A program made the translations under genes and the position numbers. Shown piece by piece: positions 62,421 through 64,000 of a DNA stretch of 64,000 bases. The notes beneath the pieces were generated by a model, which was not told the origin of the DNA, did not search any database, and worked only from the letters and a program-made list of their open reading frames with translations. The DNA is from Mytilus edulis (lineage: Eukaryota): assembly GCF_963676685.1 (NCBI RefSeq), contig NC_092353.1, positions 20,435,307 to 20,499,306 of the forward strand, read 5' to 3'. Within the stretch, counting starts at the first letter, position 1. Every line of letters starts with the position of its first letter.

Positions 62421-63009
62421 GTTTGGACTATGTAAGTAAAGTAAAAAATTCAGATAAATTATAATGGTGACATGTGAAATTTTTCATAAATAAAAAAGAT
62501 CACCCGATTATTTTTGGACCAAAAAGTCATCTCTGTCTTTCAATTCAATACAAAGGTATTATAATAAACTAAGCAGCTTCGTCTGAAAAACTGTCAACGA
62601 ATCTGATACTTCTTTTAAACTTTCTTTTGTTGACTGGACGCTTAATTCTTATACATGATCGATTAGCAAACAATCACGCTAAAGACATCTTTTGTTCGTT
62701 TAGATAAATGAGAAATATCAACCTTGATATAAATATTGAGTGTTCCTCGTGAAATGTTGCGAAAAGTGCTTGTTATTCTGTTGGTTTTGTTGATTCGAAT
62801 TATGTTTTTACTAGAGTACTTGTGAAATAATGTCAGAAGAGACAGCCAGACATCTCTGTGTTTTGTCTTATGTTTATCAATTACATTCAAGAAATATTTT
62901 CTTGTCAGTACTATGGTAATTGTTATCAAATAGTTCGTTTCTATGTTTGTTAGCGTTTGTTTTTTGTTGCACTTCAGTGTTCCTGTTGTTCCTTTGTTTT
63001 CCCCTTATA

Positions 63010-63110
63010 ATTGATATGTGACCCTCAGTTTTAGTTTGTAACCAAGATTTGTTTTCTCTCAATCGATTTATGACTTCTGAACACCGGTATACTACTGTTG
63101 CCTTTATTGC
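63010..63110 (+). repeat. Family C repeat copy
   Basis: cagttttagtttgtaaccaagatttgttttctctcaatcgatttatgacttctgaacaccggtatactactgttgcctttat. Confidence 0.6.
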
Positions 63111-63559
63111 ATATGTATGCTATTGGTTTATTTGATATACGACATGTATGTTGTTTATACATATATATATATATATATATATACTGTTGCCCTTTTACTG
63201 ACGAAAAATGATCAATATAATATTTGTAGCACTAAATCATTGTGCAAAGGATCGATCAAGTAAAAGTTTGATTGTTATAGTTATATGTTTGAATTGATTT
63301 TTTAGCCTACGCATATGTCTTTGTGCTATATTGTAAGTGAATTTCACTTAAATCCACTCCAAACTTGCCCTTGAATTGATAGCAACTCAATATATATAAA
63401 GCGATATGTTTATTATTCATAGGAATCAGAGTTGGCCGCTTAAACCTTATCAAAATCTGATTAAATATATATATATTTTTTCTGATAAAAACCTTTTCAG
63501 TTCACAGAGACATGGAAGCGTATAGCAATATAGTTTAATAGTAAAGCTAAATGAAACTA

Positions 63560-63870
63560 TTTTCTAATAAACTTAATTACGTTCCCTTTTCACAAATATG
63601 ACCCACCGAATTTTACTAAATAACTGGTTTTTAATGATATGTGCAACATAACGAGTGCCACATGTGACGCAGAATCTGCTTATCCTTCCAGAGCACCTGA
63701 ATTAACCCCCAGTTTTTGGTGGAGTTCGTGTTTCTTTAGACTTAATCTTTCATTTTCTATTGTCTGTCCGTTTTTTTCTCTCATTTTTTAGCCATGACAG
63801 TATCAGTTTGTTTCCGATCTATGAGTTTGAGTGTCCCTCTGGTATCTTTCGACCTTCTTTTACGTGTTAT
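63560..63870 (+). repeat. Family D repeat copy (partial)
   Basis: See 48250-48800. Confidence 0.6.
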
Positions 63871-64000
63871 ACTTAAAACAACAATTCATGGGGGCTTGAA
63901 TATATCGTGATTTTACCACGGGTTTGACCTTTATGACAAATATTTTACCCTGATCGATACTATTCTTTATATTTGTCTGTGTATATTTTTAACCTTGATT

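Overview
This is AT-rich, repeat-dense eukaryotic DNA. It looks like an invertebrate metazoan genome and resembles bivalve-mollusc genomes, but that is inference only. There are no prokaryotic features and I cannot support any host protein-coding gene. Almost everything here is mobile-element biology. Coordinates are approximate to about ±2 nt, because my hand indexing disagreed with the ORF track by 1 nt in a few places.

The ORF track translates GTG and TTG starts as M. For example, the ORF listed at 24303 starts on GTG, and the real ATG of that gene is near 24357.

Main items, in order of importance:

1. A near-complete two-gene PIF/Harbinger DNA transposon at about 23833-30443.
- It has 28-bp terminal inverted repeats with one mismatch, and the trinucleotide CAT lies directly outside both ends.
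- Inside each end there is a roughly 400-bp array of short ACGTA/CGTAG motifs.
- It carries a HARBI1-like DDE transposase at 24357-25645 on the + strand, with a frameshift near 24970.
- On the - strand it carries a convergently oriented multi-exon gene whose first two exons encode a MADF (Myb/SANT-like) domain, the expected Harbinger partner protein.
- The element has taken later nested insertions: a SINE-like repeat at about 25885-26215 and a G-rich MITE-like fragment at about 26880-27060.

2. A 1.1-kb element at 16075-17187 with inverted repeats.
- It has about 23-bp terminal inverted repeats and subterminal TTCATTTGCGCCA and TACAGGTAA repeat arrays.
- It is flanked by a perfect 9-bp direct repeat, CCCTGTTAC.
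- It carries a FLYWCH zinc-finger ORF on the - strand.
- It looks like a non-autonomous Mutator-like (MULE) element.

3. A recurring hammerhead-ribozyme-like core, CUGAUGA-GUCU..AGAC-GAAAC.
- Two copies are intact, at about 21452 and 36537.
- Two copies are degenerate, at about 44811 and 52697.
- All sit in a short interspersed repeat of the kind seen in Penelope-like elements and retrozymes.

4. LINE remnants on the - strand.
- There is a 5'-truncated LINE with an intact reverse-transcriptase ORF at 58918-60890.
- There is a second LINE 3' fragment at 58315-58593.
- There is another degraded LINE 3' portion at 8440-9600.

5. Other repeats.
- At least four interspersed repeat families are present. 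One is an abundant 330-360-bp SINE-like family with seven or more copies.
- There are palindromic G-run MITE-like elements.
- There is a roughly 200-bp foldback with a tRNA T-arm-like core at 19097-19296.
- There is a MITE-like element with GGACACGTTTGGG arrays abutting the Harbinger right end, at about 30455-31730.
- There are several tandem arrays: a 350-bp satellite, a 31-bp palindromic minisatellite, and tandem repeats of 48, 73, 188 and 296 bp.
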